Of a DNA stretch of 53,524 nucleotides, positions 1-11,573 are shown one piece after another (position 1 is the stretch's first letter; the number at the start of each line of letters is the position of its first letter). The notes beneath the pieces were generated by a model, which made no database searches, was not told the origin of the DNA, and saw only the letters and a list, made by a program, of their open reading frames with translations. This DNA comes from Guillardia theta CCMP2712 (Eukaryota; Protista; Cryptophyta): the NCBI RefSeq assembly GCF_000315625.1, contig NW_005434642.1:647744-701267 (forward strand). Reading direction: 5' to 3'. The position numbers and the translations under genes are program-made.

Positions 1-176
1 CCCTACCTCTACCTTCCTACGTTTCGTCCCCTTTCCTCTTCGCTCCTTCCCCTTCCTCTTGTATCCTCCCCCCCCCCCCCAGCCCCCCTTGGTCCTTCTC
101 TCCTCCCCCGAACTTGCTCCTTCATCTCCTCTGCTCCTCCCCTCCTGCTTTGCTCTTCTCCCTTCTGACCCCCCAC

Positions 177-445
177 TCTCCAGGGATGCATCGAGGCGAG
201 CTGGGGGAAGTCAACAACCCGAATGCAAATCCAGGAGACCTCTGCCCTTACTGATCTCCTCCTCTCTTCTTCCGTCCCCTCAGTCTCTCCCCCCTCCCTC
301 CCCCTACTCTCCCCTCTCCTTTCCTCCCCGCTATCGTTTCTTTCGCCTTTCCCTTGAGTGCGTCAATGTTGTCCGAGGGTAGCACTGAAAAGAAGGAGAG
401 ATCAACTCAGGCAAACTCCCTCTGGTTCCCTGTGAACCTCTTCCT
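177..445 (-). CDS. Possible exons of an unidentified minus-strand gene running off the left edge
   Basis: Two non-repetitive islands (~177-241 and ~347-445) sit between purine-rich low-complexity tracts, with AG acceptor-like sites on the minus strand. Frame unresolved. Confidence 0.2.
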
Positions 446-517
446 CTAGATGTCAGCGGGCAACGCAAGTGAACCCCTATTAGTAAAGAGATTGAGACTG
501 AGAGCGATCAGTGTGAG

Positions 518-571
518 TAGAAATGTAACTGATCATAGAAATGTAACTGATCATAGAAATTTAACTGATCA
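518..571. repeat. 18-bp tandem repeat x3 (TAGAAATGTAACTGATCA)
   Basis: Units at 518, 536 and 554; one mismatch in the third. Confidence 0.95.
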
Positions 572-829
572 TGTTTTCATGTCTAACTGTTTCAGACTGT
601 ATGAGAGTGTCTCAGGCATCATACACATGTCTTAGTATGATGGGATTTAGGGGTTGGCCTGGGGCCGGGGGTTGGCCCAGTAGCCTCCGTTTAGGGGTAT
701 AGTGTTTAGGGGTTATCCTCCTGGACCGCCATCTAACTGTCACTGAGTCTGCAACCGTTCCGACACAGTTGTCCGAAAGTGTTGATAAAAAATGTGACGA
801 GCGATGTCATGTTGTAGTTAAGACTCTCA

Positions 830-1470
830 GGGTTACTAAGTTAGCACGCCGGAGAGCCGCCGATCAGATGTCACACTGCTCCGAGGCTCAGGTCTGCCGC
901 ATCACGGTAGTTGGCACACGCGAGGCGGGCGAGATGTCGGATCGCCGGGATTCCGGGTGACGAGTGACTCAGTGAAGTAACGCCGCCGGACCGCCGGCCG
1001 CCAGGCCGCGGCGTCCGGCGGCGCCGGGCCGCGGGGAGTCCGATCCGGACCGCGGCGGCAACGGCGGCGTGACTCAGTGCCAGCGGCATGTCGGACCGGG
1101 CGGTCGGCCCCGGCGCCGGGGCTCCGAATCCGAGTCCGACGGTCTGACTCATCACTCAGAGTCGGAGTTGTGCCGAAGTTCCGACTTTGACTTGTACCCG
1201 GCCGTTCGCGACGGAAGCGCCCCGCCAGTGCGGCCTGACGGGCGCGGCCACCAGTGGTGACCGGCGTGGCGGTGACCGTCCGATCCGACGGTACTAGCGG
1301 CGGTCGCTTTGAATAAAGAGACCGTACCGGGCCGAGTGACTGAGAGCCGCTCGGCCCCGGGACCGTCCGACCGTCCCACGGGCCGACTCAGCCTCCACCG
1401 ACCGAGTCGCGGCCGGGCCGCGGCGCCCGCCCGGCCGCCGGTTACTAGGCTGCACCGGTCACGGTATCAC
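830..1470. repeat. GC-rich intergenic block rich in CCGG, GAGTC/GACTC and GTGAC/GTCAC
   Basis: Motif composition visible; similar blocks recur at ~6830-7500, 24270-24850, 28560-28640, 31810-32240 and 48940-49860. Confidence 0.6.
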
Positions 1471-1779
1471 ACAGCTCGATTAGGAGTAAAGCATCGGGTT
1501 TCGCATCGTTTCGAACATAGCTGACGCAGAACTTGTGTTGTAAACTGAAAGAGGCAACCATTCATCGCAAGAGACATATCATAGTACCCCCCCGCATGTT
1601 TCACGTAGTAACTTCTGCGTGGTAAACTGAATTAAAATGGATAGTACCCTGACAACGGAGATATGCTGGCCGTCATGACGGGTGATCAATAGCCGAGCTC
1701 AAGTATTTGAAATGTGTTAATATTATTTGAATATCTCATTGATCAAAGTTTTCAACCTTTCTTTTATTCCTCTGGAATT

Positions 1780-2640
1780 CACCCCACCCTACTATTAAGG
1801 CTTCTTTGTAGAACTCAACCTACCGTACCCCAGCTCTTCGCTATATAAAGACTACCCCTCCCTTGAGGCCATTTTCTACCCCATCATTCCAAGTCATTTC
1901 AGTCAATTCACGGATAGATAGGTACTATCCGAAGTCAGATAGGACTGTAGGGTGGGTACTCCCTACCACCACCACCCTTCTCTATATTTACACCCACCCC
2001 AACAAGCCTCGAGATCAAGTTTACCAACTTTACTACGAAGCCAGAAGACTGGGCTCTCACTGCTCCACCCCACCCTCTACCCTTCAGCCTTTTGAATTCA
2101 TGACCCTACCTTGAAAGCTGTACCCTACCCTCTTTCAATCAACGGATCACCCCTACCTCATAAACAATCATTCAATAACTGCTCGAATACCCCTACCATA
2201 TCTATATCTGAGAAGAATGGGTTCTTTGAAGGGGTTCGTTTCATTGTTTCCCCTCGCTATGGCTACCCACCCCCTGACGACTATCCTGTCTGAAAGATAG
2301 ATTAGGGAACCCGTACTGGATTCAATATGTGTACCCTACCCGGTTTCAAGTACCCACCCTATTGACATGGTGAATTACCCACCAGGAAGGCGGTTCGACT
2401 TGCATGGGGGAAACCAAGGGTACTTTGCTTTGCTCCACCACCGCGCACCTCACCGGGTCCCCTACTACCCCACCGTGGCTGACAAAGAGCCTCTGTCCTC
2501 TTCAATGACCCCAACCTACACAGTACAGCCCAGCACTAATCAAATCAAAGGGGATTCGGGGGGTAGTCCTGTAATGTGGACTACCCTACCTCAGGACGAT
2601 TGAGGTACTCCCCAAGGTACCCCACCCTTGCTCCGTCCTT
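1780..2640 (+). repeat. TACCC/CACCC-rich strand-biased intergenic block
   Basis: Dense taccct/cacccc words; similar blocks at 11590-12240 and 28040-28550, and reverse-complemented at 20130-21170. Confidence 0.6.
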
Positions 2641-3296
2641 CCCTGCGCTCCCTCGCCGCTCCTCCCCTGTGTGCATTTTTAGTTGTAAGCTCGTTGCTTC
2701 GCAATGCTGCAAGAGCGTACACAGCGAATTCTTCATTGTATCCTCACATTCATTGATAGATCTCAATGTGTACGTATGGCCCTCTTTTCGCGCCCTCTTT
2801 ACTTTTTTAGATGTAGACTATCAGCAACAGATCTGTCTCTGTTGCAATAGAGGAACCCATTCTCTTTGGTAGCATCTTCTTCCTTTTATTTTGTCATATC
2901 TTCCATCGAATCACCATATCTCACATCTTGCGATGTCTCATTGATTTTTGTTTGCGCATGCCTCATATCGTGATAGCTGTACTGGCCCGAACGTTACACC
3001 TGAGGGAGGACATTTTTGTATTTCCTTGTATGGTCTTTTTGTCGAGGCCGAACGTGCTGTTACGAATGTGAACGATTTCTTATAGTTGCCCTGCAGATTC
3101 CCGCAAGCGATATGACAAGGTGTGTCTGAAATCTAGTGTGGAACGAAGCACAGCAGCATTCCACAGGTGGCATTTCAGCCCCGAATGAAAAGCATTACTA
3201 TCACTTGCATCATATGAAGGATTCTACAGTGACCTGGTTTTACTGGAGCTGAAGTGGAACAGGGATCACGGTCCTGATTACTGAGCTATTTCAGGA

Positions 3297-6200
3297 ATGA
3301 GCAGCAACAGCGTGGTGCAACGACCCAACTATAGCCATGCAACTCACATAGCGGCACGTGATGAATGTGCAGACAAGTATCTTGGAAATGCTGTGAGCAC
3401 CAACATTGTGCGTTCGAATCATTGTCTTCCGGATGATGTTGGTAAAGAACACCTGCATGATGGGGACAGGGATAGAGACTCTCATGGTCACTCGTCGGAC
3501 CTCAGTGACGACGAGGTTGCAAACATTCGTGATGAGAACGATGATGATCAGAACACTGTTCGCGTCGACAAAATTATGGCGTTGGTATCGAGAGAGAAAG
3601 AATACAACGTGTTAGTAGGATGGCCAGACAGAAACGAAGAGGCTTTCTTGCGTGGAAAGCCCGAGCTCAAATCTTTGATCCTTGATGCTACTTCATTTGA
3701 TGAAGATGATCTTTTACATCTCACTTTGGAAATTTTCTTGGAAGTCGGTGTTCACGAGAAGCTTGGTATTCCCACGGATAAGATGAAAAGATTCATTTTG
3801 GGAGTGCGGGATAGAATGCTTGATAATCCATACCATAACTGGACTCATGTTTTTGATGTGATGCAAACAGTGTACAGCCTTGCAACAATGTGCCGTGCTT
3901 TTGATAAGTTGTCAGACATTCAAACCTTTGCCTTGATTGTGTCGGCTCTTTGCCACGATTTAGAGCACCCAGGTGTTAACAATCTCTTCCTGATCAAGTC
4001 AAGATCTTCTTTGGCAACACTGTACAACGAAACCTCTATCTTAGAGAAGCACCATGCATTTCGTGCTTTTGAGCTGATGTTTCATGCAAATACAGATCTG
4101 TTGTCCAGCTTTACCCCGGAACAATATGCAGACTTTCGTGAAATAATGATGAGCATCATTCTTGCAACCGACATGGCTCGACATGGAGATTACATGGCTC
4201 GTTTGAAGCAAATTTTGGCTGAAAACGAGGGTAAAGAAGGTCAAATCGAAGTGGATGAACTCTTTCTTATGGAGATCATCATCAAGTGCGCAGACACTGC
4301 TAATGTGCTCAAGCCATTCGAAGTTGCAAAGAAGTGGGCTCTGAGAGTAACAGATGAATTTTTCCTGCAAGGGGATATGGAAAGAGCTAGTGGAATGGAA
4401 GTCACGCCTATTTGCGATAGAACTTCTCAAAGCAGGGTGGCTGTACAGAAAGGCTTCATCGATTTTGTGATCACACCATTTTACACCTTGGTTGGCAACT
4501 TGCTGCCGGACTTGCTGGAGTGTTTCAAACAAATTCAAATTAACCGTCAAGCCTGGGATGCATATGATGACGCCATGTTGGTTGAAGAGGTGGGGAAACA
4601 CAAGTCGGGATTGCTCCCGAGCAATGGTGAGCCGGTTTCTCTCAGGATAGTAACATGGAACATAGCTGCAGTGAACAATAACCCGTTTGAATACTGGATC
4701 ACACATGGTCAAACCAGGCAGAGCGCAGACTATGCAAGTTTGATGCAAGAGGTACAGCTATTAATCGACAATCCGGAAGGACGGGACTTTGAAATTAAGG
4801 ATATAATTTCCGACGAAATGGTGGCAGAAGTCAAGGCGGAGATGGAATCATTTGGATTGGAGGGTCTGGACGAGTGGGAGAACAGGTGGAAGACAGAATA
4901 TAAGCATCGTTTAGCAATCAGCGGCTTTTTGAAGGACAAAGCAATTGGAAGCAAGCGCTTGATATCTATGCCTGACAGAGTTACGAATACCATCAACAGC
5001 GAGGGCTCAGTCTTGATGCGACCTTCGGTGATATCCATGTTTGATGGAGATTGTATGGGCTCGTTAGATGAATGGTGGGTGACATGGAAGGACTACATGT
5101 TTCATCGTCAAGTCAAGATCATCGACAGAAACAAACCTGGAGTTTCCAATGAGTTGTTTGTCATCGAGATGCTTCAAAAAATCGCTCACTCTAAATACCC
5201 CGCGATCACTGAGGAAGAAGAAGCCATTTCTATTCCACTACAAGTATGTTTTGTGCGTTTTCTTATTCATTGCTGATTTTTCGTAATCAGGTGATTGTGC
5301 TTGCCGTCTTTGATGCAATTTTAATTCATATTCTGAATTCGCTTGCTCCCACGACCTGGCAGCCAATCAAACGCTCTCTTTGCCAGGCCTTCAATCAAAA
5401 CAAAAGTCTACAGGTTGTTATGCTCTTGTTTTGTCCGGCTGCATTGCAAATCATTGCCACATTTTCGGTGTTGACATAGCTGGTAGGTGTTATCCATACT
5501 GAAGAATACCTACTCGGACGTGGATGTATTCTTCATTCAAGAAGCAGCGGCCGGATTTGTAGATGCTGCAAAACAGGTTATGGGAAGGAAGTACATGGTG
5601 ATGAGGCCCTATCTTCTTGATGGTAATGCAACTCAATTCTCAAGCCTGAATTGAAATTGACTTCTGCACAAAGGATTTCGAAATCAGAACAGCATCATTC
5701 TAGCCTCTCGCGAATTCTTCGTCGAAGGAAGTACGGAACATGTTATTCGCCTTGCCGGGGGAGGGAAATGGATCGCTCCAGGCGATCTCTGTGCAATGAC
5801 CATGAAGGCAAGTGCAAGGGACTGTTCTGAACTGTGTGAGGTAAAATTGCCTTGTTAGGGAGTAGACGGGTTTCGATATCTTCTTGCCTCCTTCCATGGC
5901 GACACCAACGGCTTGGCTTCGCTGCCTGTGTTGAAGGTCAAGATGGCTTGCACGCATGAGCCAAGTCTCACTTTAGCGCAGGCCTTGCACGAAGCAATCA
6001 CAACATCATATCCAGGTCTCGTTGAACGCTATGATGATACTGTAGTGCAGCGGAGCTCATGATATCTGCACAGATCATGTCTTCATATGTGGCATCGACG
6101 CCAACACACACAAGGTAAACCAGAGCCCTTGCTAACAATGCGCATGAGTGACCGTGGCGGCAGCAACACGGGTCCAACTGTCAGGGAGTGAATCACTTCC

Positions 6201-6724
6201 ATGACGCCTTCGCCGAGATGGGGATGGACTCCTGCTGGGGTGAGCTGCTGAAGAGGTGTGGAGGAGACAGAAGCTGACAGCAGACTTGATGCAGGAGAAA
6301 CCCCCAGTGTCAAGACTTGGACGACGAGGAACGCAAGGACTTACCTCCAGCCTCAGCTGCAGAAGGCTGTTGGCATCGCGGATGCAGCTCGAAAGGTGAG
6401 ATGGAAGGGATAGACGGGTGTTGAGATGACTCCCATGTACAGGGCGATGTAAACTTGAAAGACTGGTTGATCTTCTATGAAAATCAGGCAAGGGTTCTTT
6501 CTTTTCTTGACAACTTGGCTTGCCATTGGAGTGACTCTTCCTTCAGTTTGTTTGCGCTGAGCAAGCTCGCGACAACACGGGTGCTCGCAACTTTGATGAG
6601 GTCTGAGGTTGGTGTGGCTGTAGCTGGTGGCTCACTCCTTACCCAGGAAATGGTTTTCCCGACGCTTCAATTTCCCTCCGATCATGCGATCGTATCTGCT
6701 TTACTCACTCGCAAGCCTTCATGA
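3297..6724 (+). CDS. Class I 3',5'-cyclic nucleotide phosphodiesterase fused to a C-terminal EEP (exo/endonuclease/phosphatase) domain
   Basis: PDE motifs YHNWTHVFDV, HDLEHPGVNN, LATDMARH, CADTAN, EFFLQGDME, QKGFIDF. EEP motifs TWNI, FFIQE, SFHGDTNG, GIDANT, DWLIFY, FPSDH. Hand-spliced exons: 3297-5243, 5291-5413, 5487-5622, 5674-5807, 5859-5936, 5982-6015, 6074-6114, 6164-6239, 6295-6395, 6443-6487, 6547-6580, 6624-6724. An acceptor at 3294 suggests an upstream exon or UTR intron. Confidence 0.9.
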
Positions 6725-8511
6725 GCACTTGGTCCATCTCAACTTAATGAATTGCTACAAATCTGAGTCTCGCAGGCCGCCGCATCCCGAAGGTATTTAA
6801 CCAGTTCAATATAGAAAGTTCAACGGTTCAAGTCGCGGTTTGGGGGACAGCCGCCGCTCGGCCCGGCGGGTGACCGTAGGCTAGCCCCTGCCCAGCCGAG
6901 CCGCCGGCCGTCGCCGGGTTCTCAGTTCGGGCCGCCGTTCAAGCTGTCACGAGTCAGCCGGGCTCTCTGCTTTCCTAACTAGAAAGTCCCATCAACGCCT
7001 GCAGCCGCTCTAGTGCGCCCCGGGCCCGGCCTGCCGCTTAGTGCTGCCACGGGCCGCCCGGCCCGGCGGCCCGCTCAGCGGCCCGTGGCTACCCTTGGAG
7101 GCTCCCGGCAAATTCCGAAGTTCGGTGAGAATGACGCGGGTCACAGTCCTGGCATAAACTATCATAACGTCCAATCAACAAAATTTTGGAGTAATCATTT
7201 TCCATGATGAGCCGCGCCGCTACCGGGACATCAACATTGAACAGTGAGACAAAAGCCACTTTTCCTTTGTACGGTGAAAATTTCAACGGCGAGTCCTGGG
7301 GCCGGGCAAAAACCCAGGCAGCGGCTACACATCGGAACTCCGGCGAACGCTGGGCCCGGAGTCCCGGAGTCCAACTCGCCAGTGGCACTGAGCAGCCCGG
7401 CCCCTTGCGGCCACGCCGGCCGGCGGCCGGCGTGACCGCGCCGGCGACGCCGGGTACACCGTGACTCGACACGGTCACGGACACTCAGTGAACTCAACTT
7501 AGCTCGGAGGCTGCACCAATTCTTTACTCAAAGTTAAGTAAAACATCAGTACGAGGACAATCAGGAAGCCGCTACGGTTACAGACTCTGAGGCTGGCTTG
7601 AAGATCACGCGGTGGAAGATATTACTCGATTTAAAACGATACTCATTCTTACCTCTTCGTCATCAATGTGAAAAGACTCAATTTCGCTGAGTCATCCATG
7701 AGAATCTCGGGTTGCTAAAAACAACTTGTAAGAGTAATGGTTTTGAAGAATCCTTCTTGTTTACGTTTGGATTTGTTCAACGCAACGTTTCAAGATGGCG
7801 GGCTGAACCCCCGAGAAGAAGAGGAAAAAGACGCCATCTGACAACTGCATGACCGGCGCGAAAAATGAACGATGTGGGCGTCTGGGAAGTGAAGAGGCGG
7901 GGGGAAGGGAGGAGGAGGGGAAGGCACAGAAGGACGATGCATGGAGCTACTGTACAAGAGGAGAGGACAGAGTAAGACTCTAGCGCTGAACACGACAGTA
8001 CGCGTGAAGAGGAGGGGGAATGTTGCCGGGTATCAGGAGGGGCCGGAAAGGCCATGGAGGAGAGCAGGAGGGGGCAGTGCATAGGGAAGGGACGAGAAGG
8101 CGGGAGGTTGGAGAGCATAGGAGTAGCCAAATATGACCAGTGAGTTAGTGCAGTAGGTGCAAGAGTTTGGTCCCTTCTACTTAGTAGCACAAGAGAGAGA
8201 TGTTTGAAAAAGGAAACCAAACTGATGTCTGATTGTACAGGAACGAAGAACAAAAAATACATCAACGCAACTCCATCAACTGGATTATTTATGGGAACAC
8301 CGACTTGTTGAGACACAAGAGGCCATCGTCGACAACAGAGCGAGAGTGTGAGAGAGGAAGGAGGTGGTGGTGGAGGTAGACGGAGTACAGACAGTGAGTA
8401 GGGTGTAGACGAGCTTCAGCGGTGACTGGCTCGAGAGCGAGGTGTAACAACATCAAGGATAGCAGCTAGTTGCTATCATTGCCCATGTGCTGAAGGCCTG
8501 CTGGAGCAACC

Positions 8512-10080
8512 TTGAGGAAAAGGATGGAGTTTGAAAAACTGAGCGCGCAGGGCAGCATCTGCGAGGAGAGCGTCAGTGCGATGGTGATGGAGGCGATGAA
8601 GGAGATGGAGGAGATGAAAGAGCGGGTTGAGTGGCTGTCTGCCATCAGCATCCTCTTCTTCTCCATGACCTGCCTCGTCATCGCATCCTCCCTACGGGTG
8701 GCTGCTGCTCCCCCCGCTCCCTCCCTGCGCACATCGTCCACTTCAAAGGAGCCGCAGGAGAAGAGGAGGAGCTCGCCGCACAAGCTTGAGTCAGACATTG
8801 ACGGCAACAAGACGTTGAACTGGGGAACCGCCTACCGCCGGCTGCCCATCCCAACTTCGAGCTTCCTCCTGCGCCCTCATGGGATCTTCAAGTCGGTCAG
8901 GGAGGATGTGCGGGGGCGCGAGCGGCACGAGGACGGGGGGTCGTCCCTGCGGGAAATGTGGAGGGCTTTGAAGACCCTGGTGGGGACGGGGCTGAACAGC
9001 ATCGAAGTCTGGCGCTTCTTGTTCCTCGCTATCGTGTTGAGGATCTATAATGGGACGTGGACTGTGTTCCTTATGCTGTCGTCCTCCTTCCTGCTCGTTC
9101 AGTCGTACGCCGCCACCTTCACCCACGAGTTGCCGCACAGGCACAGCAGGCAGCATCACGGCTCGAGGCACTCGGAACATGCGGGGGCTCGATCCACTTC
9201 CTCACCTCGCTCGCCGCTGCACTCGCCGCCGCACTCGCCGCTGCGCTCATCGATGCCTCCCCCCGTCGCTGTCAGCTCGCTTGTGGAGTCGCAGATCAGC
9301 TGCGAGGACGCGAGTTCTCCGCCGATCTCGTCGCCAATGGAGGAGCGAGGCAGAAACGATGAGGGAGGAAAGGAGGATGGCGATGTGTTCTCGCGCTGCT
9401 CCAGCGAAGGAGGGTCAGGCAACAAGGGCCAGAGCCCCGTTGTCGACGCGTTTCAGTTGGCGTACGAGGACATGAAAGGCGGCCTCGGCTCTCGCTTCCT
9501 GGGCTCCTCCTGGACCTTTGCGCTCTTCTACTCTTTCGTGAGTCGCGTCAAGGACGGCCAGTCGTCTGCCGCCATCCCCGACCTGCGCGTAAAGCTGCAG
9601 GCGGCGGTGAAGGGGAAGGACAGTCTGCTCAAGGACCTGGTCGAGTCCAAGGAGTTCTCGCAGGAGGTGCTGGATGAGCAGGTGGTGCTGGACTTCTGCC
9701 GGCGCTGGCTCGAGATCCTGACGGAGATGGAGCAAAGCATCAAGAAGCGACGCTACGAGTTCCGTCACGTCTCGTCCTTGGGCACCGCCACCTACACCAC
9801 CAGCGGCGCGTCTCGCTTCTGGGCTCGGGCGGTCAGGAAGGGATCGGTGACGAGGAACGGGTCTGGCAACTCGGATGCAGACGACTGCTCCTCGTCGCGC
9901 AGCCCCACCCGCTCTCCCGTCCTGAGGAACCACGACGCGATTGGCCGATACTTCGGAGGGGAAGGAGGAAGCTCGTACAACAAGCGGATGGGCATGGAGG
10001 AGATGACGGTGAACGAGGCTGAAGCTTACCTGGAGATGATGGAGGACAAGCGGCGAGCCAGGGGATTGAGCCTCGAGTAG
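8512..10080 (+). CDS. Hypothetical membrane protein (long 3' exon; upstream exons probably in ~7850-8500)
   Basis: 522-codon GC3-rich ORF with 2-3 hydrophobic segments and Ser/Pro-rich linkers; exon-like segment at ~8241-8346. No family recognised. Confidence 0.65.
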   Translation: MRKRMEFEKLSAQGSICEESVSAMVMEAMKEMEEMKERVEWLSAISILFFSMTCLVIASSLRVAAAPPAPSLRTSSTSKEPQEKRRSSPHKLESDIDGNKTLNWGTAYRRLPIPTSSFLLRPHGIFKSVREDVRGRERHEDGGSSLREMWRALKTLVGTGLNSIEVWRFLFLAIVLRIYNGTWTVFLMLSSSFLLVQSYAATFTHELPHRHSRQHHGSRHSEHAGARSTSSPRSPLHSPPHSPLRSSMPPPVAVSSLVESQISCEDASSPPISSPMEERGRNDEGGKEDGDVFSRCSSEGGSGNKGQSPVVDAFQLAYEDMKGGLGSRFLGSSWTFALFYSFVSRVKDGQSSAAIPDLRVKLQAAVKGKDSLLKDLVESKEFSQEVLDEQVVLDFCRRWLEILTEMEQSIKKRRYEFRHVSSLGTATYTTSGASRFWARAVRKGSVTRNGSGNSDADDCSSSRSPTRSPVLRNHDAIGRYFGGEGGSSYNKRMGMEEMTVNEAEAYLEMMEDKRRARGLSLE

Positions 10081-10409
10081 CGCAGTAGCACCGGGAGAGG
10101 GAGAGAACAAGGAGGAGTGACGAGGGATGCGGCCAAAGCAGGAAGGCGCTGCTTAGCCTATGGGGCATGCAGAGGAGGAAGGGAAGAGTCGCATGGAGGA
10201 GCACAGGAGTTAAAAAGAGGAGCAGGCATGGGAAGAAGGAAGAGAGGGCAGCAGAAGAGAAGGAGGGAGGAGGATGGAGGAGAAGAGAGCAGATGCGTGC
10301 GACGCTAGTAGAAACGAGAATGAATCAAAAGAGTGCAACTCCTGCTGTTTAACTTCACTGTCGTTCACTAGAGGTCGAGCCGCTAGGCTTCCCTTGTTTC
10401 TCCTCCTCC

Positions 10410-11573
10410 TCACGCGAGCTGCTTGAGGATGTTGATGCGCTGGAACAGCCACTGCTTGAGCTCCGGCTTCATCGACCCAGCCTGTCGATTCCGGTCAGTG
10501 AGAGAACTGTAGCAGCAGCAGCAGCAGCAGCAGGGGAGAGGAGGAAGGAGTGAGCAAGGAAGATAACCAACTCGAGGACAGGAGGCAGTCCCTAAAGTGG
10601 AAAGATGGACAAGAAGAGGATAATGCTGGAGGAAGTGAGAACAGGCGGGTGATGCTGGAGGAAGTGAGAACAGGCGGGTGCCGGAGGGAGAGGAGAGGAA
10701 GTAGGTTGTTGAGGAAAGAGACTGACCGCCATGCCATTGAGGCGGGTGAGCTCCTTGCTGCGATCCTCAGCGGACTTGGCCTGCATGGTCTCGATGAACT
10801 TCTTCTCCTTGTCGGTGCATCCCTTGGGATCCTTCACGTCGCACTTCACCTCCAGGTTGTCCTGCACTTATTTCAGTCTCCTCCTCCTCCTCCTCCTCCT
10901 CCTCCTCCTCCTCCTCCTCCTCCTCCTCCTCCTCCTCCTTCGCTCGACAAACAGCTCATACTTACTCCATCTTTCCAATAAGCACTCCTCGTCTCACACT
11001 ATCACTAAAGCCCACCGCAATCCTCATCCTTTCTGCTCCTGCTCGTGCTCACCTCAGTGAATTTCTTGAGGTCGTCAAGGGATCGTCCGCCATTGTAGGG
11101 CTTGCCCTCCTTGTCTCCAGCAGGAAAGTACTTGATGGTGGGGTAGCCGCTGACACCGTACTTGGAGCAGAGCTCGTTTTCCTGCCATCAAAGTCATCGG
11201 GAGGGATCGCACCCAACCGACTTGGCATGCCAAACAAAACACGGGACCAGGGCGGGGCTCGCATCACAAGAGAGGAGGAGAGGGAGGAGTCTGCGTCTTC
11301 TTCTTATCTTACTGCATGTCTCACCTGGGTACAGTCGACATCGCCGATAAGGACGGAGGAGGAGGCGAGGTAGTGCTTGCCCAAGTCATCCCAGGCAGGC
11401 TTCATGGCCTTGCAGTGGCCGCACCATGGCGCGTAGAACTTGATGAAGGAGCCCTTGCCGGAGTTGAAGACTTCATTCTCAAAGTTCTTCGAGTCGAGCA
11501 CGACCGGCATGCCCATCGCTTCTCCCGCCATCGCCGCCGCTGCCGCCGTCACCAGCATCCACTTGCTCGCCAT
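10410..11573 (-). CDS. Secretory single-thioredoxin-domain PDI-like protein with helical C-terminal domain
   Basis: Signal peptide MASKWMLVTAAAAAMA, KFYAPWCGHCK, DVDCT, GVSGYPTIKYF, YNGGRS. Exons 11573-11325, 11181-11053, 10861-10727, 10481-10410 (ends QRINILKQLA*). Confidence 0.9.
10622..10679. repeat. 29-bp tandem duplication inside PDI intron
   Basis: ATGCTGGAGGAAGTGAGAACAGGCGGGT repeated twice. Confidence 0.9.
10878..10939. repeat. (CCT)n intronic microsatellite
   Basis: Pure CCT run directly adjacent to a splice acceptor. Confidence 0.95.

Noticed and set aside
860-1524. Pro/Arg/Gly-rich ORFs in GC-rich blocks (also 7013-7497, 31816-32393, 48925-49898)
   Set aside because: Stop-poor by composition; no domain signal or splice pattern.
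4041-4748. 235-aa antisense ORF, plus similar ones over other genes (e.g. 9415-10110, 25049-25558)
   Set aside because: Shadow frames of well-supported genes with no motifs.
5841-5858. 18-nt GT-AG micro-intron alternative in the EEP region
   Set aside because: Far below local intron sizes; a 51-nt GC-AG intron from 5808 fits better.
11410-11430. Possible selenoprotein (UGHC) PDI
   Set aside because: Both active-site codons are TGC (WCGHC); no in-frame TGA.
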